Below, one piece after another: positions 25,185-38,140 of a DNA stretch of 64,000 nt (position 1 is its first letter; each line of letters begins with the position of its first letter). The DNA comes from Catajapyx aquilonaris (taxonomy: Eukaryota): positions 1 through 64,000 of the forward strand of contig JYFJ02000552.1 in NCBI GenBank assembly GCA_000934665.2, given 5' to 3'. A program made the translations under genes and the position numbers. Below the pieces are notes generated by a model. That model was given only the letters and a program-made list of their open reading frames with translations, was not told the DNA's origin and searched no databases.

Positions 25185-28100
25185 TCACACGTCTTCTGAA
25201 AACAAGGATAAATCTGGCAGATACAAATCACCTACCCATGACAAATCATCATTCAAGAAATCAATGTCTTGAAATGTGATTGGTTCTGAAAACAAGCCTG
25301 TACTGTCATGGAAGTCATTGGCATCATCTGAAAGTTGGTGGCCTTCATCAATGTTTTCAGACATGTCAAAGGTAAAGAGCGAACTATTATCGGGACTGTA
25401 CTCTTCGTTGACTGCATCAGACGCACCATGTTGTTCATGCTGGCCATCAGGGCTTGCTGCTGGCAATGGGCTGATTGAGAAAGAATTAGTTTCCTCGCTG
25501 TTACCATTTCCTAAATTAAGGAACGAGTCAACGAGAGAACTGCTTGGCAGGCTTGAATCTTCCGGCAATATTCCATCTTGCGAGCACAGCAACAAGGCCA
25601 TATCTTCATTCACACCACCAAGATCCAAGTTTTGAAATGCTTCCGAGGCAGAAGTGGTGCTATCGGTCTGTCTGACACCATCAAACTGGCCCGCACTACT
25701 GCATATTCCGATAGTATCAGACTGACTGTTGCTGTCACCCAGGCCAATACTATCACTTATGCCAACACCATCCAACAGGCCATCACTGTCACACTGGGCA
25801 ACCCTCTCGCACATTCCAATATCTGGTAGACCACTCGAGTCCCACTGGCTGATCATGTCACATACGTCGAATGTGTCCAACAGGCCAATACTGTTAGCCG
25901 GACTAATATCATACTGATTATCTGATCCATCTATGCCATCATTGGAGACACTTGGAACTATTTGGAGGGCATTTTCACTTTCCAATGGTTGAGTACTAGT
26001 CTTGTCCTGCTCAATGGCATTCAAGAAGTAATTATCACGTTGGCGAAACACACTTTTAATCCTAGTGAGCAATGTCTCGTCCAGTTGGAAATACTGAGAG
26101 TACTCCTTTCCGACCACTTCAATCACTCCACTCGACATACCTGGTGAAGAAGAAAAAATTACTAGTATTGGAAAATATTTAAATATTGCAAAGGCTGTAA
26201 AACTAGCCTATCAGTTAAAATTAGTGCAACTACCCAATATTATGGATTCTACCTTCTTGTCATCACAATTACATTTGAATGTAATGTACGCGTATATTTC
26301 ATTCATTACTGGCTTCCCAAAAGATGATACTAGGCCCAGAATTATAGCAAGATGTAATAATAAAATGCACTGTCGTGCCCCAACCATTCCGTTCATTTGA
26401 CAGCCCCGGCCGAGCCTTGTATTTGCATATGTCAAACTGCGTGTATGGGTTGATGTCCAGCCTCCCAAAAGCCTCCTGCAATTCCTCCACGTCTCCAGGT
26501 CCCAGGCACACATTGTCCTCTGTATGAAGGTCGCTCAGCTCTTGCAGGTCACTCAGTTTGGTCAGCAGCTTTGGAAACAGCAGTGAAGCTCTACTGCACC
26601 CATACCTCCACTCCATGTACCTGAAAAAGTGTGGGTTCTATGAGACAGTTCCCATTGAATAAACCACAGATAATAATCACATATTCGGCATACTTTTTGA
26701 GTATGAGTATGTACTTGTCCTGGCAGGCAGAAACGTGGGCGGGCTCCCGGAGTCCAGTGCGTTCAGGGCAAAATATGACCAGAAGACCCAGCAGCATTAT
26801 GGTATGCTGGTCAGCCTCCAAGGCTTGGACTCCTTGGATGAACCTCATATTCACTTCAATCAGCTTCGGCGACATAATTTTCTTCAGCTCTTCCATCTTC
26901 AGTGACACCAACACTGTTGTGTTCTGCAACCAACAACAAAATATTACATTTGTACATTATGTGCCATAAACTGGGCATCCAATAATTATATTATGATATT
27001 GTGGGATAATTTGGTGCTTTATCTGTTCAGAAGGCTGTCGCAGAAGATGAGTCATGCTGCGGAATCTAATCTTAAACACTTCAAATACTCTGGCCATTAA
27101 TTAACTTTGTCATGCACTGATATGCAAAAAACAAAGCCACAACTTAAGTTGGGTTCATGCAAGTATCATTGCCTTTGTTTTTAGGTCACTGTGGTTGGGA
27201 GATGCCCATCTTGTTGTCAGGCAAGTTGGTCCAGATTGAGAGGAGTCTTAACCACAACAATCCAAATAGAGAGACTCCCATGTGCACCAAGCTTGAACTC
27301 ACAATCAGAAAGTACCCAATGACTCCGTACCTCTGAGGTGGTTGGTTACATTTTTATTTCTCGCTGGATGACCCGAAGCTAAGTATCCCAAGTACTCCTC
27401 AAGGCCCTGTCCCATGCAGCACTTTCACGTCTAGGCAGTTGTCACATTGTGTATAAAATACCAGAAAGGTGTATACTTACAGTGTCAGGTAAATATTGCG
27501 AGATGACGTAGTAGTCGTTTTCCTTGTCGTAGACAAGGGCTCCCATAAGGAAACATATCTCGAGCACCCCTGCCCGGATCAGGATTCGTTGGTCCTCTGG
27601 CAGCAGAGCCGAAAATGACGACAGCATCCGAACCATGTGGTCACATCGGAGTATCAGTTTCCCAAACATGTGAGTTGCCTGAAACATAATAGACTGTAGA
27701 ATATGGAAACATCCAAAAAACAAAACTGAATTTCAAAATGAAATGTTCCGAATCACTAATTATCGAGAATCTTTGTACATTGCATGCCCCCTCTCGTTAG
27801 GTCTGCGTATTCAGAGTGTTTCTTACTAATATGTCAGCATACTTTGCCGGCCAGACAACATACTAGTACGAAACACAACCTGCTGTTAATGCAATATGTC
27901 CAGTCCCATAATTTTTCCAGTGATTTTGTGGGACTACATGGGTTGTACAGTCCTATCAATTTTACCTTATGTCCTTTGGTTTGCTCCGAGAAGGGATACT
28001 GTCTTATTGATTCAGCCACTGTTTCCATCAGCTCCTGAATCGCTTCCTGCTCCTCCCGGTTCAGAAATTCTGGCAGCCTCTTGGCATCAGGCTTGTAGGG

Positions 28101-28816
28101 TGTAAGCTCGACATGTTTGCTCGGCTGCACCTCCTGCACTCGCTTGTGGCTCTGCTTCTCCTTCATCCTCTTCCGCTCCTCCTCCGTCAGAACCCATCCC
28201 GGCTCCATCCCGATGCGACAACACTTTTCATACCTGCATTTCTGGCAGCACTTGCGCTTCAGGACAGTCATCTGTAAAAGTGCAAATGAATAAGTGCGTA
28301 GCAAGTTCCCAAGAGCATGCCGAAACATACTTCGCAGCTTCCATCAAACGCACAGGTGTACTGCCTGTGCGCTTCGTGCTGCACTGCCCGCCTGAAGAAG
28401 GCCTTGCAGCTGTCGCACGAGAGGCCACCGAAGTGGAAGCTCCTGGCGTGGTCACCACACACCGCGCAAGGTTTGTGCCGCACATGCCCACTCTCTGTAA
28501 CCGCAATTGATTAATAGACACTGATCATATAAAACATGCCAATCACTACATCTAGTATGAATGGTCTGCATGGCTTCTTCCTGCGCCATCCTCACTTTTC
28601 CTCTTTCCAGCGACCGGCTCTTGGCCCTTGTCCATTGTGGTCCCAAGAGGAGGTCTTCTGCATTAGAGAGGAGAGGTGGAGAAAACGACGCAGCTCCAGC
28701 CGTGACCTTGTGTCCATCCAAGAGGGTCATGGGGGCAGACATGTTGGAAATTGTGACGTCACGCAAAGAGCAAGGTGGCCAGGTGAAGACCCGCCATTCC
28801 ATTCAAACTTACTCAT
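25185..28816 (-). CDS. Nuclear hormone receptor NR-E, NR1 family (HR96/HR97-like), about 697 aa with an extended acidic tail
   Basis: Tentative 4-nt first coding exon ATGA|GTAAGT (28816-28813), then exons 28494-28331, 28271-27966, 27678-27481, 26923-26694, 26620-26385 (weak donor) and 26140-25185. DBD CAVCGDHARSFHFGGLSCDSCKAFFRR. Confidence 0.85.
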
Positions 28817-30761
28817 TTCTACGCACATCTTATTGCTGAGGACCACGCAACGAAATTGCCCAAAACAACAACCCAGAGCTAGTGTACTCACTGGTGTTTA
28901 TTGTCTCCATTGACGCCTCATTGATGGCTTCCAGAGCCTGCTGGTAATACAGTTTGGATCTTCCACTGCTGATGTCAATTGCAACAATTCTCAAGGGCAG
29001 CCCGTTTGGCGTTCATCACTGGCTGCTTTGCAACTTGCAGAGTGACGCAATGCTTGATCGCTAATAATTGTGAGCACCAGCCGGAACGCAATAAGAAATG
29101 ATCACGACAGAAAAAGGCACATCTTGTCTGGACAAAAGTTGATAACCCGAGGTGATAATGATGAGATAAGTGTGTGGCGCAATATTATTATCACAAAGGG
29201 TAAGTCTATACAAGTGATTTGTCTGCTGCCTGTCAAAAAAATGTCAATAAGCCGCCGGAATTAGTGTCAATTGCGCAAAATAATAACATGTTAATAAAAT
29301 CTCAATTAATACAAAGAGTGGTACAAAATTATCTTTATTATTAGACTACTTACATAAAAGGCAAGCGTTGTTTGTTTGTCATAGGCCCTAATGTATGGGT
29401 ATGAAATGGGTACAAAAAAACAAAATTGCTGTTATTATAAAAGGCAATATTATCCCCATCAATTGATTCAATAAAACAATTCTTATAGAGTATGGCATTT
29501 TCCCATCCATTTCCAAGACACTGACATAAGCTTTTCAATATTTTAGAACTTGACTTATTGAGTCAATTGAGAGAATATTTCAGCCAGAGTTTGCGATATT
29601 TCAACCCGTGTAAAATTTTAGCTGTATAGAACCACTATTAGATATTAAAGATGTTGGCCTACACATTACGCGTAAATGACGTAGACCTAATTATTACGAT
29701 ATTACCATGGCCTCCAGTGCAGTTACATCTACTGCAATTGATATTGTGCTGCTTATGCCAAAATGTCTGGTAATATGCGCCACTTCCCGTCAAATTAGAT
29801 CATTCGTGTTTACACGATCATCAGGCTGCATATCAGAAGTTATTGTGCAACCTGCAGCACTTTTCTGATGACCATAACACACAGGTGGAACATGCGACCA
29901 GTGGAATTCAGACAGATTTTGTCAATATAATTATATTATATCACGACAGGCATCCTGAGATAATGCGTCATGATTTTCGTGGACGTATAAAGACAGTTCC
30001 CGGAACTTCATTTCTTTGTGTCTTTGTGACTCTGGAGCCGGTGTGTTTGGATGAAATCTCAGTTTTATCCCGATCATTTAGCAAAGCGGATATGCGCCAG
30101 GAGCTAAAATGAGTCAGTCAAAAACTGATGGATGGATATCGATGGACCATTACGAAAGTGTCGTTGCAGTAGACACACAGGGTATAGGCCTAGGCTACAT
30201 GATATCTTAATATTTTTCTGAGTGATATGAACCACTTTTTGATCAAAATTGAGTCAGATGATTGCTGACTGGAATATTTCATTTGAAGTTGGTGCACCTT
30301 TCACATTCGTCAAGTAATTTTCAGTCAACAATTCAAGCGGAAATGTATATAGTCACAAAACTTGGTTTATCATTTTTGATCACCTAATGCGTCTGAGTTT
30401 GAAAAACCCACCAGTACAGTGAATTAGTTGTGGACTGTATCGCTCACGGAAGAGGATGTGACACTCGGTGAGCACCTCGGATGCGTTATTTTCAGGTGAT
30501 TGTATAGGATGAGGATTGAGTCATGTGAGATGACATGAATGGGCTCGCATGATGAACTATAGAACTATACGGGGCGCATTGTTTTTACATGAGCAACTAT
30601 AGCTAGACACGCTCATTTGCAGGATATTTGGAGAGGATGCAAGGAAGGTGATGGGGGAGGGGTGTGAAGTCTGGCTGAAAAGTCATGCGCAGTATTTAAA
30701 AGAGTGCTGGCCCCGAACCTGTACTTCTCAGTCAAATAATATTATATACCAGCCTTTAATC

Positions 30762-30874
30762 ATGAGATTTTTCGTCTCACTCCTCGTTTTTTCCCTCACC
30801 ATTTTGGCAATCGAAAGCGCTGTAAGTTATTATCCAATAATAATAACAATAACAATAATAATAATAATAATAAT

Positions 30875-30945
<71 letters not shown>

Positions 30946-32096
30946 CCATCACAATAATGCTGATAATGATAATAACGTTTCAGTGCCCATTAAACAAGCT
31001 GAAGATTGTGCAGTATTATTTTGATTGCAAAGCAAAATTCGACGACAACAAAAATGTAAGTAACAATCATTCCGGCTATGTAGGCTACTTGGACACAAAT
31101 AATAATCGAAGGATAGAGTCAGTTATACTCAATTCTGTCTGCTGTCCGCCTGTATGGGCATATGCATTCAGAATGCATATAGGACAAGCGGATATGCAAC
31201 TTACAATAAACAAACAAACAAATAAACGCATCCAGAGCATCACAATATATTGCACAGCAAGACTATAATATTATGAACTTTGGCAGAGTATTATTGAGCC
31301 AAATGTATTGCTGTAACAAAATGTTGGAATTTCTGTTAATATGAAGGCCTTTTTGTCTTTCAGTGCATCCTCAAGTGCATCTTGAAGAAGCTGAAATGTG
31401 TAGGAAGCATAGAAATTTACCTAAATGTATTCACTAGTCCTACGTTAATAAATTCAATGCACGAAATGATTGCTTTCAGATCGTCGGTGACAAACCCGAC
31501 GTCTCCAAACTGAAGAGTTACAGAAACAAATGCAAGGAAGAGCTTAAAGACCCGATGATATGTGAAGTTGTCGACTGCATTCAAGACGCCAGTAAGTAAT
31601 CGCATTATAGTGGCGTATAATTTGGGAGGATCATGACTATTACGTTGCTCTGGCTTGCTTATAATATTATGCACTTGACCATAAGCTAATTAGTTAGATA
31701 ATTATCTAATGTAGAATTTTCGGGTCTGAAAAATGATATGAGCGGTTGGCAATACACAGCATTACGGTGGCCGCATTTATAATGGTGTACTTCTTTAAAT
31801 TTTTTATGTTAGATATCGCATTTTGTAAGTGCATATTTTGTGTCACATGCCATGTTTCATCACACTCTTTTTACGATGTCCTCTACTAATGATGATGGTA
31901 TTGTTGATTGTTTTGTAAAGCCAAAGCCCAAACCCAGCATTTCCCTCTTCTGCTTGTGCAACAAATGTTTGTAATTGACTAATTGGTATATTCGTGTACA
32001 TTTCATTATTCCTTTGCAGTGGAGTGTCCAACAACCGATTATTCATTGCCAGAATGCGCCGGATATTGCAACATCACCGCCTGCATCCCGATCTGA
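30762..32096 (+). CDS. Small secreted Cys-rich protein S1 (about 118 aa), odorant-binding-protein-like
   Basis: TATA-like TATTTAAA near 30693. Exons 30762-30821, 30984-31055, 31364-31399, 31480-31591 and 32020-32096. Protein MRFFVSLLVFSLTILAIESA|CPLNKLKIVQYYFDCKAKFDDNKN|CILKCILKKLKC|IVGDKPDVSKLKSYRNKCKEELKDPMICEVVDCIQDA|MECPTTDYSLPECAGYCNITACIPI*. AATAAA directly after the stop. Confidence 0.75.
30835..30955. repeat. Compound (ATA)n/(ATC)n microsatellite in intron 1 of S1
   Basis: Directly visible trinucleotide runs. Confidence 0.95.
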
Positions 32097-34459
32097 AATA
32101 AAGTTAACGCGTTCCCATAATAATTTATCTATAAGTAATGTCCTGAAATTTCACAGCGCATCTATGCCCGATCCACAACAATGCTTCAAGTCACATTGTG
32201 TACGGCAAGAAGTGCGGCAATAAATAATGCTACACATTTTTAACGTTCGTCTTGCAGTGTTTCCACTTGCATGACTTTAGAATATTAATTATTAATAAAA
32301 TATGAAAACCCTGACACCAAAGGTTATTGCATGAATTGGCAACCGGCCGGTTCCTTAACATGCAAATACCGCCGAAGAGATTCGAAATCGCCAAAATCAA
32401 CTCTAAGGTAAGGTTACCTTAGAATATCTCAAGAAACCGATCACCGATGTCCGGCAGGAATTGCCCGTCTGTCTCACCCAAACATTTTACTACGCGTGTT
32501 GGGTCAATCTACGTACTGTACATCGATCGTTGCAGTTTATGAAAGTATTAGTACCGCAATAAGTAAAGAAAATAATGCTGCATCAATTGCGCTTAAGGTG
32601 GTTGGGTAGATATAGCCACAACCCAAGAAGTTCATGAAAATTGCACGATTTACAGAAAAAAGTGTGCTCTTTAAAATAAACCCATAAAAAAGGGTACTTA
32701 CCGGTCAATTCATTGAACCACCGACACCTAAACAGAGCTAATTTTAACATTGGCCTTATGGAAAAACGGCCAGAAACAGCAAAAAAGGCCAAAAATCTTA
32801 CTTTAAAATCCTAACATATGTACAAAAAACTATTCTCTTGAAAGCTTGAACTGTGTAGAGTTAATTAGTCGCAGAAAATCGCAATGTTACCGGCTCCGTT
32901 CAGCAGTAATTATCAATTAACTGGACGTAGTGCGGTACGGGGATGTACGAAGCGGCAACGCCGCGCCGGCAGAGGGGGTGCCGTATCGATACGCAGATTA
33001 TCGATATGTGTTAATAATATTCATCTATTCTAAGAGCACACATTAACATTATTTATTTGAGAATAATTTATAAAATTACATGTGTATTTGGTACTAAATG
33101 TCATTATTACTTTACATGTAAATTCATAGCCAATCCTAATTATAATATTTTAATTAGCCCGCTGCCGAAAATGGTTGGTTGGCAGCGCCACCACAGACTC
33201 TAGCGAGTGTTTTGTCAATTAGAATGTGACGTCACGTCGTGACGTAGGGTAGACTCAACAATGGGAGGGATTGCGCTGTTGCAGGACCTCACTACCAACC
33301 TAGGCACAAAAAGGTGCCGCAAAGCAACGCTAATAATGTCGAATATTGTTAAAGTATGTCTTTGGCCCTGGGCATATGTGTTGTATTCGGTTCGTACGTT
33401 CAATTGCGTTTCCATTTCGTGATGCTAAGGCCACATTAAGGCCATTTTAGATCATGTCAAACATAACGGCCACAGGCTCATCAAGGTTGGCAAGCCTGCT
33501 AGCAGGTCCCTGAACCATGTCAGTTTCTACGCCAAAAAAATATATTTTGCAGCGTATACCTAAAAATCAGTGCAGTTTCCGACATTATAAGTAGGCGTGT
33601 AAGTAGGGAGCCCTTGTTCCGAATTTTAAGTTCAAATTTTGGAATGTTTTTTACAGGCTCTGATTTGACTTACGATTCACTACTCAACCACCTTAAACTG
33701 CCATCTAACTTATAGCAAAACTTACGTTTATGCATATAGATTCACTTGCATCTAGTAGTTATGACTCTGAAACATGACAAAATTCCACAATCAAACCACA
33801 TTTTAAACATAAAACTTAAAGCACAATGCAGCCTAAGCCTATTTTTACTATACATCTACATGTAATATATAGCCTAAACATGGATTTAGGTATGCTAATC
33901 AATATTATGTCAAAAAAGTTTAGGCTGCATCAACATTCATCACTAATATATTGGAGGGGGCTGAAGATAGTCCGTGTGGCACATAATATATTATGTTCCC
34001 TAGGGCCTAGGCCGATAGGAGCCATTTCAGAGTTGTCGCCACCTGATCGGTCCCTTAGGTCACGAGTTATGCAGTGTTGCCGGGTGTTTCCAACCTGGTC
34101 CCGGACATAAGCGCTTTTCAGTTTGCACAACTTTGCACTTTGTCAGTGATAAGAAGGTACAGTACCACTTATTGGCACACATGTTCCCTATAGGTATGTA
34201 TGAGAATTTGAGAGATGGCGCCACATGATCGGTCCCTTAGGCCAAAAAGAAAAAGAAAAAAAAAACATGGCATGTCGTCTGCATATTACCCCAGTTTCCA
34301 TAAAATTCCTCAATTGACAGGTTTTCGCTATACTCAAACCTACATTTCCCACATCCTGCATTTATGAAATGAATGGATCTCTTCACAAAACCATCCCAAC
34401 AACTGTTAAGGAACTAAATAGGCATTTGCCTAAAAATACGGACTCTAGTAGGCTAATAA

Positions 34460-35793
34460 CACAGCGCAACAAAAAAAAAACTTTCGGCGTGTTATTCGGA
34501 AACCACTATGCACATCATGTTAGTAGGACCCAAAGTAGCTGGGAAACGCCCGAGATTATATTTCTCTCCCAAAATGTGCAGTGGGTCAGGGTGACCAAAA
34601 ATCCGAAAAATTCAAAATATTGACGTTTTTTGGCCTATTTCCAGATCTGGCAACCACTGTAAGTTTCGGATTTGGTTTTTGCTGGCATTAGGTGTTACCT
34701 GGGTCTAGTCTGAAGACACTATGGTGTTTAAAGTCAATCTTTTATAGAAATTGTAGGTTTTCCAGGGTCTTTTTTATGGAAAAAATTCCGTTTTTTGGTA
34801 CTTTTCGTCAATTTTTGGGGCACAGTGTATGGACTTTTTTTCAAAAAAAAGTGTAGCGTAATGGGCTCTTTAGAGACCCTACAATCAAGGAATAATAGTA
34901 GAACTTTCCTATGCAACCCTAGTACGCGTGTGCAAAAGCCTAATCTTGGGTAAAATCGCGTTTTTTCGCATTTTTGGTGATTCGACTTTTTTCAACATTT
35001 AAAACCAAATATTCCTCGGCTTTAAAATATATGAATTCTTCTTAGTCTAACAAACTGTCAGGGACCCCCATAGCATGGAAAAAGACTACGATTTCCATAA
35101 GCAACCCATGTACGCGTACGAGTACAAAAAAAAATACACGCGTACATGGGTTTCTTATGGAAATCGTAGTCTTTTTCCATACTATGGGGGTCCCTGACAG
35201 TTTGTGAGACTAAGAAGAATTCATATATTTTAAAGCCGAGGAATATTTGGTTTTAAATGTTGAAAAAAGTCAAATCACCAAAGATGCGAAAAAACGCGAT
35301 TTTACCCAAGATTAGGCTTTTGCACACGCGTGCTAGGGTTGCATAGGAAAGTTCTACTATTATTCCTTGATTGTAGGGTCTCTAAAGAGCCCATTACGCT
35401 ACACTTTTTTTAAAAAAAGTCCATACACTGTTCCCCAAAAATTGACGAAAATGTACCAAAAAACGGAATTTCTTTCCATAAAAAGGACCCTGTAAAACCA
35501 CAGTTTCTATGAAAGATTGACTTTAAACACCATAGTGGCTTCAGACTAGACCCAGGTAACACCTAATGCCAGCAAAAACCAAATCCGAAACTTACAGTGG
35601 TTGCCAGACCTGGAAATAGACCAAAAAACGTCAATATTTTGAATTTTTCGGATTTTTGGTCACCCTGACCCACTGCACATTTTGGGAGAGAAATATAATC
35701 TCGGGCGTTTCCCAGCTACTTTGGGTCCTACTAACATGATGTGCATAGTGGTTTCCGAGTAACACGCCGAAAGTTTTTTTTTGTTGCGCTGTG
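34460..35793. mobile_element. 1.33-kb fold-back palindromic non-autonomous DNA element with CAC termini and TAA target-site duplication (Chapaev3-like)
   Basis: 34460-35117 is nearly the exact reverse complement of 35138-35793, with a ~20-bp spacer. Ends are CACAGCGC...GCGCTGTG, flanked by TAA at 34457-34459 and 35794-35796. Confidence 0.8.
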
Positions 35794-36039
35794 TAATCAG
35801 TAATAGGATGTACTATACACATATTTAATGTCCGCGCAAATATATTGCAGATGGCTAGGCAGCAATATAAGCTTTTGAAAATTTTGTAGTACCAGTATGT
35901 ACGTATATTACGGAAAATTGGTCCAGGATGGCAAGAATGTTGAAATGCAGTACATGAAATACTTCAGTGACTTGATCTTCTCATAGGATTCCTGTATGCA
36001 CTGATGCACATACGACATACCGGCCATGCGCGCTATACC

Positions 36040-36260
36040 TTGGTTAACACAACTTTTCTGGCCTTCCTATGGGCGAATTCGTCAATGATGTCGTCGAAAT
36101 TCAATTTTCGGGTAGGAGTGGCATTAAGGCATAACATTCCCAAGGAATTCGGTCACACTGACGATCATCGTGTCTCACTTTTTATTCTGGCCATAGCACT
36201 GAAGGATCGTTCCGCGCCGGCAACTGAGGCTGGGAGGGTAGGCTACAGAAACGGAAATTC
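36040..36260 (-). pseudogene. hAT transposase C-terminal dimerisation-domain relic
   Basis: The minus strand reads TLPASVAGAERSFSAMARIKSETR*SSV*PNSLGMLCLN...NFDDIIDEFAHRKARK: the hATC 'ERSFS...RIK...IDxFA' motif with in-frame stops. Confidence 0.75.
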
Positions 36261-37917
36261 ATCTCCTATTAATATCATACCCACTTAAAAATTTTAAAGC
36301 TTTTGCTACTGCTACTACTATACTGCTGCTGCTGCTGCTGCTATCAGCAGCAGCAGCACCATTTTAAAGTTATAATAATTGAGGGTTGCTATCTTGAAAA
36401 ATAACTGACATTAAGCAATCAACGAGTTGATATGGCCATTTCGACATCAAACAAAATGATTGATATTGCAGTTCACTTTACGCAATCATTATTGCAAGGA
36501 TAATTTATTATGCTTAACGTGTAATTTCAGTATTCGCTCCGGATATTGCGGAAACTTTTGCATTTATGTTTCCTTTTCGTATCATTTGAGGCAGGATATC
36601 TTGCGTGATTAATTATTGTTGCAGCAACCCCTGGTAATGTGCAGTGTATAGCATATGAAGACAATGACGCTTCCGTCGAGTATTACTCCTGGGAGAATAA
36701 GTCGACGCAAAAAAAAAATATCAAAAATCACGAATATGTGAGCACTGAGCAGCTAGCTTCCTTTGCTTTGTCGTGAGCGTCAATAATGCAACCCTACACC
36801 TGCGCAATTCCAATTGACGAACTAAACAAAGACCACAGGATGTACAGATAGATCCTGCTGCAGCATTATGTGAATGCAAAGCATATAGCCCCTGCCGTCA
36901 ATAATTATGAGGAAGGAAAAGGCGATCAGGATCGCACAGCCTGCGCACAGCGTTCGACATGCACTCTCTTCAGCTCTTTCACTCGCTGAAACAAAAGGAT
37001 GACCCTGAAAATCTTCTGGCATTGCATTCTCGATGGTGGACACGCTGGATATGTCAAAAAAACCTTATGTAACTGTTTACAAAAATCACGACGATGGCAA
37101 CTGCACTGCACCGAAAACTCTAAATTATAAATGCCTAAAAGTAGCCCACTTAATAAGCAGCAACATGAAATCTCTGATCTAGGCAAATCAAGCTGTTTAG
37201 TGTAGAAAAGTGCACGAATATATTTTTCTGAATGAATTATTATTCAAAGGGAGTATGCAGGTTAACAAGATTCCGTACTTGAATACCACATGCATATGCA
37301 TAATGTTGCGTACACAATATATTAGTTTACGTATATGTGGATTAAACCTTTGCATGTATAGGATAATAAATTAATAGTTCTGCAAACTATAGTGTCCATC
37401 ATGGATCATGATGTTATTAATTCCTGCCTAACTGAGTGAGAATTATCTCACATTTATCATTTAAGCTTCCGAACTTGGGGGGGGGGGGGAACTTTTCCTG
37501 AATCGTAAACATTGATAAATTAACATTCAGCAACATAATAGTGTAAATAAGGGGAGAACTGCATTTTTGTTGAGATGCTGTCCTATCTTTTGGACTATTC
37601 TTGCTTCCACCATACATCTCTTCCATCGCTAAAGTGAGATGTATTCTACACCACCACTATATATGAAGCTCAAAAAAATTTCATAGTTACGAAATACCAG
37701 CATGCACTTGCCTAAGTGCATGCTAAAAGCATAGCTAAAGAAGTTCGGTATCAAATATGTGGCCAAACCTCATTAATAAGCAGAAAGGGCGAATGGACAA
37801 TTCTTCAGAAAATGCCGAAAATCCTTTTTTTAAAGTGAAATCGCCAACTGCAGATTTTGGTGGAAGGATGAATGTGTATAGGTGGAACAGTGCACATACA
37901 GTGATACTTGTGAGGAC

Positions 37918-38140
37918 TACGAGGGCCAGTCAAACAAACTGAGACTTATTATTTATTATTTATGTTATAAATATACAGAGAATAAATCAGTTCATGACGG
38001 TGAATGGGATCGTGCTCAGAATGGATTGAAGTACGAAAACACCGATATTCTTGATCGAATATTCCACGATCCCAGGCGAGGTGACACCGGGGTGACATAG
38101 GTTCACCAATATTCAACCGTTGAAGTTTTGCTTCCATTTG
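37918..38140 (-). mobile_element. Possible internally deleted mariner-like relic
   Basis: TACGAGGGCCAGTCAAA resembles a mariner terminus, and minus-strand MEAKLQRLNI resembles a mariner N-terminus. The second terminus was not found. Confidence 0.3.

Noticed and set aside
11591..28510. Many plus-strand ORFs overlapping receptor exons
   Set aside because: Antisense shadows of GC-rich coding exons, with no independent motifs.
28452..28802. 116-aa ORF as an N-terminal A/B domain of NR-E
   Set aside because: Out of frame with the DBD and needs a weak GTAGTG donor. ATGA|GTAAGT at 28816 fits the paralog pattern better, though this is unproven.
30648..31268. 206-aa ORF with poly-Ile
   Set aside because: Read-through of S1 exons 1-2 across an intronic microsatellite.
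32255..33498. Possible hAT element with CAGTGTTTCCA / TGGCAAGCCTG ends
   Set aside because: Ends match poorly and there is no target-site duplication.
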